Source: a virus (lineage: Duplodnaviria; Caudoviricetes). Taken from it: a stretch of DNA of 35,162 nt. Location of the stretch: positions 1 to 35,162 of IMG/VR virus record IMGVR_UViG_3300028587_000020. The stretch is one strand, 5' to 3'. A program made the position numbers and the translations under genes. Below are positions 8,967-17,564 of the stretch, piece by piece; position 1 is the first letter of the stretch; every line of letters begins with the position of its first letter. The notes beneath the pieces are model-generated. The model was not told where the DNA came from. It ran no database searches and saw nothing but the letters and a program-made list of their open reading frames with translations.

Positions 8967-10340
8967 TCACCTCAGCTTTCCAAGATACGCCTGGAGAGCC
9001 TCCATAGTAGCGTTAATGTTGCCAGTAGAGTAACGACTTCCTTCCTTCTCGAACTCTCGTCGGAGAAGGTCCATCATGAATTCCTGGCCAACATCACTGT
9101 ACTTTGGAGCGCGGCCCATACTTTCGTCACCAGGCTCAAGAATGAACTTTCCCTGAGTGACCTGCTTGTTAGAAAGTACGTCGTTGAGCTGCTCCATGAG
9201 ATTCGACGCAAGAATTGGCTGATCCGGATACTGACTGGCGAGATAGTTCCTCGCTCCAGCAAGTCCCGTTGTCAAAGTTCCTTCAGCGCCAAACTGCTGA
9301 GCCATGCTGTTGTCACTCGGAGCGTACTTTGCAGCAGAATTCTGCGCCTGAAGCTGGAAATTGAACAGCTTCATCATGTTGTCAAATTCCTGCTGACGCG
9401 AAGTCTCCATGCGCTGCTGATCCTGCGCCTGCATTTGAGCAAGAAGTGCCTCAATCGCAGAACCCTTCTGAGCTTTGAGAGAATTCACCTGACCATTCGC
9501 CTGGTTCATGAATTCATCAAGCGCAGTACGAATTTCCTGAGCGGTGTTTTCGCCCGCCATCTTTGCATTGTTGCTCAGATTTCGAGTGTAGCTCATATCA
9601 GCATTCTGCTGCTCATTGAGAGCGCTCATGTTTTGCTGCTGGTCAAGTTCCATCTGACTCTGGAAATAAGCCTGATCTTCCTGAGCCTGCTGAGAAGCGT
9701 CCTGCGATGCAGCCTGAATTCCCAGGCGCTTCAAAACTGCATCCTGCTCATTCGCATTGTCCTGATACTGCTCTTTCAGAACATTCTGAGCATCGTCATA
9801 TCGAGCATTCGCGGCCTGATCTTCAGCGGCAAACTGCTGTGTAAGCTCAGGAAGCTGAGCCATGTAATCTTTCGCCAGAGCTCCGTACATTCCCCTAGCA
9901 TCTTTCATGGACCGATTTCCACGATCGGCCCGCATTCCCATTTCATCTACGAGTGCAGAAATCTGCGGATCAAATTGTGCCGAAACCTGGGACTGAGCCA
10001 TCTGACGGAGAGTTTCAAGAGGGGTCGGTGCAACATTGATCGCATTGACTGCGTTGAAAAGCTGATCCTGGAGCGACTGGAAAGGTGATGCGATGCCATC
10101 AACAAGACCCTTTTCGACTGCCTGACGCTTTTGTGCCGCAGCCTGCTTTTCAATAAGTTCAGCGAGAGAACTCGCCTGCTCCTTTGCGCCGAAAAGAGCA
10201 TTGGCTGCACCGAAATTGCCAAAAGCCCCGGCTGCCGCACCGAGACCTCGATTGCTCTTCTTCTTTGTCTTCTTCTTCTTGTTCTTGTTGTTGCCGAGCT
10301 TGTTACTCGACTGGTTTTCAATTCGAACGTCTGGCATCAA
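8967..10340 (-). CDS. Internal virion protein, Gln/Ala-rich coiled coil with a poly-Lys N-terminus
   Basis: 457-aa ORF with NKNKKKKTKKK near the N-terminus and a long Q/A-rich helical region, in the ejection-module position. Confidence 0.7.
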   Translation of the reverse strand: MMPDVRIENQSSNKLGNNKNKKKKTKKKSNRGLGAAAGAFGNFGAANALFGAKEQASSLAELIEKQAAAQKRQAVEKGLVDGIASPFQSLQDQLFNAVNAINVAPTPLETLRQMAQSQVSAQFDPQISALVDEMGMRADRGNRSMKDARGMYGALAKDYMAQLPELTQQFAAEDQAANARYDDAQNVLKEQYQDNANEQDAVLKRLGIQAASQDASQQAQEDQAYFQSQMELDQQQNMSALNEQQNADMSYTRNLSNNAKMAGENTAQEIRTALDEFMNQANGQVNSLKAQKGSAIEALLAQMQAQDQQRMETSRQQEFDNMMKLFNFQLQAQNSAAKYAPSDNSMAQQFGAEGTLTTGLAGARNYLASQYPDQPILASNLMEQLNDVLSNKQVTQGKFILEPGDESMGRAPKYSDVGQEFMMDLLRREFEKEGSRYSTGNINATMEALQAYLGKLR

Positions 10341-10891
10341 ATCCCCAATTTAGCGGCCCGGCGACGAATCGCATCCTGTTTGGCATTGTTCATTTCAGTT
10401 GTGAGCTGACTCAGGAAACTCTTTCGCTGCGCTCCCAGATCACCAATCTGGTCAGTCTTTCCTGTCGTCAAAGCTTTCATTCGGGAGTTGAATTCGGTGT
10501 TGTAGTCACCAAGAGCTTTGGCAAAAACACCCGAATGCAAAATACCCCGTCCGGCAAAATCATTTTGCTGGTCGAGCCTGTCTTGCGCGCCCTGGCGATT
10601 GAGCGTTCGCTGACTTTCCGTATAGTCTCGATTGACGATGCCGGTCTGCCGTTTGTAATTTGCTTCATAATCAGCCTTCGACTTGTTGTAATCTGAAAGC
10701 TGCTGCTGGTAAGTTGTGTCTCCAGCAAGATACTTCGCCGTTGCCGACTGCTTCTTCTTGGACTTTGACTTCGGCTTGGGCTTTGGCTTTGGCTTAGGCT
10801 TTGTGGCAGGTTTCGGCTTTGGCTTTGCAGGTGGCTTTGTTTCGCCGACATTTGAAATGATTGGTTTCGCTGCTCCGGTTACAATTGCCAT
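10337..10891 (-). CDS. Internal virion protein with a Pro-Lys repeat N-terminus
   Basis: KPKPKPATKPKPKPKPKSKSKKK followed by a coiled coil, tightly coupled to its neighbours. Confidence 0.75.
   Translation of the reverse strand: MAIVTGAAKPIISNVGETKPPAKPKPKPATKPKPKPKPKPKSKSKKKQSATAKYLAGDTTYQQQLSDYNKSKADYEANYKRQTGIVNRDYTESQRTLNRQGAQDRLDQQNDFAGRGILHSGVFAKALGDYNTEFNSRMKALTTGKTDQIGDLGAQRKSFLSQLTTEMNNAKQDAIRRRAAKLGI
10759..10837. repeat. Degenerate 6-bp tandem repeat (GGCTTT-like) encoding the Pro-Lys tract
   Basis: Multiple GGCTTT/GGCTTG/GACTTT units on the + strand. Confidence 0.7.
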
Positions 10892-11206
10892 TTACAGTCC
10901 CCTCAACCTGCGTCGAATCGCCTCAGTTCGTGGGTCATTTTTGGCAGAAGTTGTGGAACGACCAACAACTTCCGGCCCGGACGGTCGAGAAGGTTTCCAA
11001 TCTGGACCGCCAGACCTAAGTACAGTCTTCTGAATTTTATGAAAAGGCTCTCCGGGTCCAACACCTTTACCCATGTCAGGCTTTCCCTGGCCATAGGTGT
11101 TCCATGCGGTATATTTGCTACCTACTTTATTACTACCAAAGAGCCAGTCTGAAGGTTTGTTGATAATGGCTACAGTCTTTTTGTAACCTGGCCTCTTTGT
11201 CGCCAC
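10892..11206 (-). CDS. Small basic hypothetical virion-module protein
   Basis: Abuts both neighbours, SD GAGGGG, Lys/Arg-rich. Confidence 0.7.
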   Translation of the reverse strand: MATKRPGYKKTVAIINKPSDWLFGSNKVGSKYTAWNTYGQGKPDMGKGVGPGEPFHKIQKTVLRSGGPDWKPSRPSGPEVVGRSTTSAKNDPRTEAIRRRLRGL

Positions 11207-11476
11207 TCACTTTCCCCTCTTCAGGTCACCAAGCATAATGTCAGGGCTCATCGGACTTCCGGACATTTGTCCCTTCAGTCGGCGAAGAACCGCTGACTTC
11301 ATGGCACGAGATTTGTTATCCCGCTCATTGTAGCCCATTTGTCCGGAGCCTGAAACTCTGCCAATGTTCGGCATTGACCTTCCGCCGCCATACACTTTCT
11401 TGCCAGCGGCGTAACTATTGAATCCCTTGAAACCTGGCGGCTTGTTGGGAACTCTTTTGTTTCCGAAACTGTCCAT
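11207..11476 (-). CDS. Small basic Gly-rich hypothetical virion-module protein
   Basis: TAATG overlap with the nozzle gene; Lys/Arg/Gly-rich. Confidence 0.7.
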   Translation of the reverse strand: MDSFGNKRVPNKPPGFKGFNSYAAGKKVYGGGRSMPNIGRVSGSGQMGYNERDNKSRAMKSAVLRRLKGQMSGSPMSPDIMLGDLKRGK

Positions 11477-13164
11477 TAGTTCACCGACTTAGGTGCAAGC
11501 TGCTTGCCAGCGATAAATGCAGTGATTGAGTAAAGTCGCGCAGGACCATCGGTCGTGTTGCCGGAAGTTTTCATTTCGACCTTGAACTGAACAAGTCGGA
11601 AACGGAGACTTCTGCCAAACCTAATGAATCGACGCGCCAAACCTGCACCCTGTGGCTGAGAAACCACAATTTCAGGAATGTCGAAAAGTGGGTACGCCCA
11701 GGTGTTTAGCTGACTCCACTTATATGCATGAAGCTGAGCCCAGGTAACTTTATACGCAATCGAAAATGGATACAAAGTCCCTGAAACATCTCGACCTGTA
11801 ATGCAGTCGATTCCCCAATGCATGAGTCGCTTGAATCGGTGCGAAAGTCCCACGTCGTAAGTCTTCGTCGTCATAGAACAATTGATGTCCTTGTATGCCG
11901 GGACAATCTGACCATTCTCGAGAATTACATCTTCGTAGCGATCCTGCATAATGAAAAGCTTGCAGTGAACTTTCCAGGCTCCGGAAGTTCCTAGTCCGGC
12001 ACTGTCGGTGACTTTCGCAAGAGCGCTGCAAGCAACGTAGGAGTCAAATCCTCGGCGGAGTCCAGTATTTGTGTTGTCGAGCCGAACAGCTCTTCCAATG
12101 TAGTGAATGGACTCATCATCACTCTTGTAACGCGTCCAGGCCCGAAGTCGTAGGTGGTATACATATAGACGATTGAAGAATCTTGCATAAAGTCTGTCAC
12201 CAACGAGTGAGAGACTTTGAGCAAATTTCCACCATTCGTCAATTCCCGTGTCTCCTTCATACGGAGTAGTGTGATCATATTCAAAGGGAACCTTAACTGA
12301 AACTCGCGTGAAAGTGTAATTCGTCATTTCATAAACTTCATTGTACTGAAGCATGAAAATTGAGTTCTCATACGAGACTGCGCAATTCCTGTTCATCACT
12401 CCGACAGTCTGCGAAATGTTCTGCAAAACTGCCTGAGCGGGACCCTGGTCATAAGACAACACGTAGGTCTTGTTGTCCTTCATGACAATCAAATTGTCCT
12501 GATAGACCAGAAGTTCATTTACTGCATCGCCGTCTCCCGGATTGATGTCAAAAAAGTTCGAGCCGGGGAAGCTCCCGAAATTTGCCAGATCGCTGAAAAA
12601 CAAGCGAGAACTGTTGGCAATGCTTCGGCGACCAGAGATGAATAGACGGTCTTTGTAAACTGTCGCAGCATAGCCTCGCGGCATGTTTGGCAATGCAGTG
12701 ACGAGGCCATCATTGAGGCTGTACTTTTGTCCGGTTCCCAGGGAGGTGCTTCCTCCTTCTGGCCCCGGAGCCAAATATATGTCGTCGGAGTAGCGTATGG
12801 CACTCTGATAAGTGCCGTCGGCAATCTTTTGGATGGTCCCATCATTCGTGCCACCCATGAAATATACCCAAGCGGCGAAGACTCCGGTATGGCAGGAATT
12901 GAAGATGAGGAATTGTACGCCCTCATAAACAAAGCTCCCCAACATCAACTGATGAGACTCGGGCGGAAGTGTGCCCGTTGTCAAAGTGACAGTTTCGCCA
13001 TAGAGCAAAGTCCACGGTGGCCGACTTTTCAGAGAGCCGTCGAGGTCAATGTCAAAGTTGGTGCAATCGACCATTTCATTGTCAGAAATTGCCGACATGT
13101 CGGAGTAGGTATTTATTCCTCCGGAATACGGACCGATCTGAAGCTCAGAGACTGAACTAGCCAT
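11476..13164 (-). CDS. Tail nozzle / tail tubular protein B-like (beta-propeller)
   Basis: N-terminal GGINT...N.DIDLDGSLKSRP pattern and beta-rich repeats (RLFFSD, LIVMKDNKTY). It follows the adaptor gene. Confidence 0.75.
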   Translation of the reverse strand: MASSVSELQIGPYSGGINTYSDMSAISDNEMVDCTNFDIDLDGSLKSRPPWTLLYGETVTLTTGTLPPESHQLMLGSFVYEGVQFLIFNSCHTGVFAAWVYFMGGTNDGTIQKIADGTYQSAIRYSDDIYLAPGPEGGSTSLGTGQKYSLNDGLVTALPNMPRGYAATVYKDRLFISGRRSIANSSRLFFSDLANFGSFPGSNFFDINPGDGDAVNELLVYQDNLIVMKDNKTYVLSYDQGPAQAVLQNISQTVGVMNRNCAVSYENSIFMLQYNEVYEMTNYTFTRVSVKVPFEYDHTTPYEGDTGIDEWWKFAQSLSLVGDRLYARFFNRLYVYHLRLRAWTRYKSDDESIHYIGRAVRLDNTNTGLRRGFDSYVACSALAKVTDSAGLGTSGAWKVHCKLFIMQDRYEDVILENGQIVPAYKDINCSMTTKTYDVGLSHRFKRLMHWGIDCITGRDVSGTLYPFSIAYKVTWAQLHAYKWSQLNTWAYPLFDIPEIVVSQPQGAGLARRFIRFGRSLRFRLVQFKVEMKTSGNTTDGPARLYSITAFIAGKQLAPKSVN

Positions 13165-13840
13165 TCATCATCCCCCCATCAAGATACATGTCATCCTCTG
13201 GGAGAATAGTGATTCGCGGGTAATACTCCCGCTCAGTCCACTTTTCCTGGCCTTTGAGCTTCTGGACCTGGGTTTCAAATTCACCCTTCTTGTAGGCAGC
13301 TTTCTCCAGGTCCTCATCCATTTCGTATGCCATTTTCATGCAATACTCAACAATGGAATTGTGGTACCTGTCAGGAAGCCCCAGACCTTCGGCCAGATTT
13401 CCTACACTTGCAGGGTGACGAGAATAGTAAAGTCGAAGGCCATTGGTAATACTTTCATTGGGAGTGGGGAACAAAGTGACAACCCCGCCATAAATCATGA
13501 AAACTTCAGGCTTTGCGTTCCCATAGCCTCCCTGAGAAACTGGAGCTTTGAAGCCGTCAATGTACTCATTGAACTCAGAGAAGCTCAGGCCCCGAATTCG
13601 AAAATTGTTATACATCAAAGAGCGCAGGGTGTTCAGGTCAGCTGGAAGTGGATATTCTGCCTGCCCCATGACAATGTCATTAGTTGCGACAGTTTCCATC
13701 AACTCTTCATTGTCGATGGAGATCTGAAGCTGAGCGTCATTGATCCAGCGGAAAATGTCTGCGTCAGTTACCTGAACCCCAGCGTCATCGCCAAATGTGC
13801 GTCGTACGCGATCCGCTACGTCCTGGACGTTCAAGGTCAA
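13157..13840 (-). CDS. Head-tail adaptor / tail tubular protein A-like
   Basis: VRR.FGD...IFRWINDAQ, EYPLPAD, LFPTP and LPDRYH..IV.Y patterns typical of podophage adaptors. TTG start with SD GGGGAG. Confidence 0.75.
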   Translation of the reverse strand: MTLNVQDVADRVRRTFGDDAGVQVTDADIFRWINDAQLQISIDNEELMETVATNDIVMGQAEYPLPADLNTLRSLMYNNFRIRGLSFSEFNEYIDGFKAPVSQGGYGNAKPEVFMIYGGVVTLFPTPNESITNGLRLYYSRHPASVGNLAEGLGLPDRYHNSIVEYCMKMAYEMDEDLEKAAYKKGEFETQVQKLKGQEKWTEREYYPRITILPEDDMYLDGGMMNG

Positions 13841-14285
13841 TCAGCTCCCCTCGTGAATCATGAATCATGTAGGAGGATTTGTTGTTTCGAATCACAGCTT
13901 TCGCCATTTCATGCTGCTCTTGGCGGCGTTCATGATTTATCTTTGCGTTGTAAATCTCCTTCGCACTATTGTAGTTGTCGAGCCAGGTGAGCAAATTGCC
14001 GGATCGATTCTTTTGGTCGGCGGCAAAGACAGTAGCCAAAAGGCGCTCATCAGCTTCTTGTGCCGTGCACACGAGATACGGGCGGCCATTTGGTGGAAAA
14101 CAAACGACACGGAAAGGATCGTCGTTTTCGTTTCTACGGCCTGGGGGAATCCATTGCAGCTGAAGCTTCGAATCGTAATCCTGTAGGATTTCGTTCACCC
14201 GTCGCTGCTTTTCGGATATCCAATTCTTTCCATCGTTCGAGGGAAAGTAAATATGACCGTCATCGGTCAAGTCAATTCCTGTCAC
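13785..14285 (-). CDS. Hypothetical protein (head-tail module)
   Basis: 166-aa ORF with GTGA coupling to the upstream gene. Confidence 0.7.
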   Translation of the reverse strand: MTGIDLTDDGHIYFPSNDGKNWISEKQRRVNEILQDYDSKLQLQWIPPGRRNENDDPFRVVCFPPNGRPYLVCTAQEADERLLATVFAADQKNRSGNLLTWLDNYNSAKEIYNAKINHERRQEQHEMAKAVIRNNKSSYMIHDSRGELIDLERPGRSGSRTTHIWR

Positions 14286-14725
14286 GAAAAGATCCTTGTG
14301 GCTGTGATGAATCCATTGTAGGCAACACCTGCGGTTGCTGCATTTACGGAATAAATTGCGAACTGAGTTCCTGCCGCAGCCTTGAAATAAAAGACACTCT
14401 TTGCTGGCTGATTCAGAACGGGCAAAACAGGAATCTTAGAAATCAGTGTTCCACCAAACCTGAAGCCAACATTGTAATTGTCGGCAGCTGCGGGAACACC
14501 TTCAGAAAACCAGACTACGCATTCAATCTGGTGAAGCTTTCCAGCAGCATCGGGCGGGGGCTGGTGCGTAGCGATCAAAGTATTTGCACCAGGAGCGACA
14601 ACAGTCCCTGAGCCGAAACCTGTTTCTCCAACAGGTCCAGTAACTCCCTGAAGCGCGTAAGAACCGTCGCCCAACTTTGCGTAAGCATTCTGCATCATTG
14701 TGGACAAAGATTCAGTCGCAGCCAT
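14282..14725 (-). CDS. Hypothetical virion protein (possible head decoration, beta-rich)
   Basis: SD GGAGG, and position directly after the capsid gene. Confidence 0.65.
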   Translation of the reverse strand: MAATESLSTMMQNAYAKLGDGSYALQGVTGPVGETGFGSGTVVAPGANTLIATHQPPPDAAGKLHQIECVVWFSEGVPAAADNYNVGFRFGGTLISKIPVLPVLNQPAKSVFYFKAAAGTQFAIYSVNAATAGVAYNGFITATRIFS

Positions 14726-14739
14726 TTTCCTCCAAATAC

Positions 14740-14785
14740 GTTAAAGGGGGCGGACTATGGGGATTGACACCCATAGTCCGCCCCC
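14740..14785 (-). terminator. Hairpin after the major capsid gene (partial terminator / 3' stabiliser)
   Basis: Perfect 16-bp stem 14746-14761 / 14770-14785 with an 8-nt loop and a short U tail (TTTAAC) on the minus strand. Confidence 0.75.
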
Positions 14786-14806
14786 ACAACCGGACGCAAA
14801 CTTAGT

Positions 14807-15994
14807 CTAGCTCTCGGTAACGTCCCGCACAATACCGTTAGAGTTTCGACGGTGGCAGCCAAGCTGACGATAGGTGTAAAGAGTTGCGTCATAAGCATCG
14901 TAACCAATTACACGCTGCCACTTTGAGCCGTCCCGGTCCATGAAAGACCAGTCACTTTCGCGATAGTACTTCAGAGTCTTTTCATTCAGGAAGTACATCC
15001 GGTTCGGCTGGCAATCCAGGTCAGAAATGACCGGAACTTCACCGTTGTCCGTCGTGAACTTGAGGCCCTTGAAGCCACCCTCAAATTCCGTGACATTGCT
15101 GTACTCTCGCTGCTGAACAAGCAGGTTAAAGTACGAACGACGAACACCCATAGTCGTCGTGATGAGGGTCGTCTTTCCACCCTGCTGACGAATGTCGTCG
15201 ATCATCCGAATCATCATAGACTCAGAAAGTGCACGGTTCGTGCCACCATTAGCATTTACAACAGACTTCCACTTCGTCTCGACAGTGGGGTCAATGTTGT
15301 AAAGAGTTCCCGTGTCGGAAACAATCTGCTGAAGACCGATCGTCTCACGGTTCAGGTTTCCCTGACGGACGACAATGTCACCATTCGCGCCGGTAGCAAT
15401 TGCCGCACCATCGAGAACAACTGTCGTGGGAGTTACGGCCGTAACAGTTCGACCGGTAGCACGCTGAGTTGTGCCAGTGGAATCATAAACATCAACCACC
15501 ATGCCAACTTCCATGTACTGCGTATTTGTGGAAGTGATGGTGTTTGCCGCGTAAGCGGCAGAAGAAGTCATCAGGGCGCCGACAGAAGTTCCGTAAACCT
15601 GTCGGTTCATGTCCTTCGCGACATCATCCTGAAGACCAGACATTTCCTGGTCCAGAACAGAAGCAAAAGCCTGACCGTTCGTCTTTGCCAGTTCCATGGT
15701 CTGACCGGAAAGTCGGACCGCACCGTAAAGATAAGCCAGGGTGACACGCGCACTTGCGTAGCCCTGATTCTGGGCAGTCGGAAGCTGCTCCATTTCCAGT
15801 CGGGCACCAATTCCGTGGTTACGCCGCACGTGAATTGGAAAGACAACGTACTTTCCACCGACTTCGGAAGTTACGCCCTCGGAAGTCTGCTCAAGCCGCT
15901 TAGAAGTCGTCAGCTCATTCTGAAGCTGATCCTGAATCTTCGGCTCGTAAATTTCCTTGAGGATGTTTGTTGCAGTAGTAAGAGTTGCCCCCAC
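14807..15994 (-). CDS. Major capsid protein (HK97 fold)
   Basis: 395 aa, N-terminal ILKEIY...IQDQLQNE, located after the scaffold, with strong SD GGAGG and a downstream hairpin. Confidence 0.85.
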   Translation of the reverse strand: MGATLTTATNILKEIYEPKIQDQLQNELTTSKRLEQTSEGVTSEVGGKYVVFPIHVRRNHGIGARLEMEQLPTAQNQGYASARVTLAYLYGAVRLSGQTMELAKTNGQAFASVLDQEMSGLQDDVAKDMNRQVYGTSVGALMTSSAAYAANTITSTNTQYMEVGMVVDVYDSTGTTQRATGRTVTAVTPTTVVLDGAAIATGANGDIVVRQGNLNRETIGLQQIVSDTGTLYNIDPTVETKWKSVVNANGGTNRALSESMMIRMIDDIRQQGGKTTLITTTMGVRRSYFNLLVQQREYSNVTEFEGGFKGLKFTTDNGEVPVISDLDCQPNRMYFLNEKTLKYYRESDWSFMDRDGSKWQRVIGYDAYDATLYTYRQLGCHRRNSNGIVRDVTES

Positions 15995-16005
15995 GGGCCT
16001 CCAAT

Positions 16006-16791
16006 TTATGAATTCATTTGCTGCTGAACCATTTGAGCAACAAGATTGCGTCGCTCAACACCGCTCAACTTTCGCGGGTCAATTGCCTGAGAAGGGAGAC
16101 CCGTTCCTCCGCCAGAATTTCCCATCACCTGGGGGGCAAATGGGCGGGGATTCTGCTGAAGGATGTTGCCGACCAGCTTTTCGTAGCTTTGTGCAGCTTC
16201 CTCAAAAGTTGCACCGTTCGCTACCAGCGAAAGAACGTACCTTTCGTCAAAGTTCGGATGCTTTGCCTTCAGACCTTCTATTTCAGCATCAAGCTCAGCA
16301 TCTGCCCTCTGGGCTTCTTCTCGCTGCTGCTGTCCAAGAATTGTCTGAGCGACTAGATCCAAACCTTCCTGGAGCTGGTCGACACGCGGGTCTTGGAAAG
16401 TTGAAGACTCTTCTTCCTCTTCCTCAACTTCCTCGCTTTCGGCCTCATTTCCTCCGAGACCGTAAGCTTCGGCGAGTGCAGAATAGACAGCCTGCGGATT
16501 GGTATTCAGCTGATACATAAGCTGATACCCCTGAGCCAAATCTTCAGCGGAAATGCCGTGGTCGACAAAATCCTTGTAACCCTCGTAAGACTTCAGCTGC
16601 TCATTAGCACTTTCAATTCGCTTCTGAGCTGCCTGGTCCCACTGCTGAAAATGCGGCGTCAGAACTCCATGAAACTGTTCTGGAATTGCACTCAGAGCTT
16701 CACCCCAAGCCGGATTTAGCCCTGGAGAACTTTCGTTTCCACCATCAACGTCAGTTCCCTGTACCGATCCGTCATCAATCGGTGTAGCCAC
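16006..16791 (-). CDS. Capsid scaffolding protein
   Basis: Acidic, helical, Glu-tract protein immediately upstream of the capsid gene, ending in a basic C-terminal helix. Confidence 0.75.
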   Translation of the reverse strand: MATPIDDGSVQGTDVDGGNESSPGLNPAWGEALSAIPEQFHGVLTPHFQQWDQAAQKRIESANEQLKSYEGYKDFVDHGISAEDLAQGYQLMYQLNTNPQAVYSALAEAYGLGGNEAESEEVEEEEEESSTFQDPRVDQLQEGLDLVAQTILGQQQREEAQRADAELDAEIEGLKAKHPNFDERYVLSLVANGATFEEAAQSYEKLVGNILQQNPRPFAPQVMGNSGGGTGLPSQAIDPRKLSGVERRNLVAQMVQQQMNS

Positions 16792-16845
16792 TTTTCCCCT
16801 TTTCCGGCCCGTACCTCTAAAAGAGGCCCTAGACCCATTTACAAG

Positions 16846-17097
16846 TTACTGCGGATGCTCCAGCTCGACAAGGGCACCTGAATTGCCATCGCAAGCAATG
16901 GCACCATTTGCCCACATCATTGCTTCTCGAATCCTTTCGATGCAAATCCTACGCGCGTCGCTGGGGGGAACATTGTCAATCACCCAGTGAGCGAGATTTG
17001 CAAAGTTGCTTCGAGTCGCGTTGTGAATCTCTGCGGTTATATCAGTCGCAGGGTGAAACCCGAAGTCGTTCGTGACCTTTTCGTGCGACTGATTCAT
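16846..17097 (-). CDS. Acb2/Tad1-hairpin-like (DUF7681-type) protein, candidate cyclic-nucleotide sponge
   Basis: F.FHP...H...R..F..LA..V...VP.S..R..CI..IREAMMWANGAIA matches my recollection of this family's consensus (F.YH.P...IR...ELA..I...CP.SRE.S.A.TKLEEA.MWANA.IA). Confidence 0.65.
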   Translation of the reverse strand: MNQSHEKVTNDFGFHPATDITAEIHNATRSNFANLAHWVIDNVPPSDARRICIERIREAMMWANGAIACDGNSGALVELEHPQ

Positions 17098-17098
17098 T

Positions 17099-17293
17099 CT
17101 ACTTCTCCGGCTTCTTTCCGCTCATGGCCTGAAGTCGACGCTTTGCAGCCTCAGACTTCACCTGACGAGTTTTGTCTCCCGTGGCATTCTTGTTCTTGTT
17201 CATCCACGGTGGAAGCTTCTTCTCAGGAATCTGTGCCACTGGTTTACCTTTCTCGTAAACTTCTTTAAGAAGCGGCTGGTGGGAAACTTTCAT
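17099..17293 (-). CDS. Small basic hypothetical protein
   Basis: ATGA coupling; Lys-rich, with a KKLPPW motif. Confidence 0.65.
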   Translation of the reverse strand: MKVSHQPLLKEVYEKGKPVAQIPEKKLPPWMNKNKNATGDKTRQVKSEAAKRRLQAMSGKKPEK

Positions 17294-17559
17294 GCCGTAG
17301 AAGTCGGCTGCTGACTAGAAATTGTCGTCTTGTCGTCAATCGACCTGAGAGCGAAAATCATGTCGTTGACAGTCATTTCATTCAGCTTTGCAGTGGTGTA
17401 ATAGCCTGCATTTGCTGCTGCCAGTCGAGTGCGCATTGCCGAAACGGAACTGTAATTTACCGGAGTCGTCAGACCGGAACCAGTTCCACCCATTCCATCA
17501 ACAGCCTTGAGGGAATTGGTGAAATTAGTACGGGGTGCGCCCATCTGGGAATCTGCCAT
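17290..17559 (-). CDS. Hypothetical protein (89 aa)
   Basis: Follows the portal gene directly and is coupled to the next gene. Confidence 0.7.
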   Translation of the reverse strand: MADSQMGAPRTNFTNSLKAVDGMGGTGSGLTTPVNYSSVSAMRTRLAAANAGYYTTAKLNEMTVNDMIFALRSIDDKTTISSQQPTSTA

Positions 17560-17564
17560 TTAAA

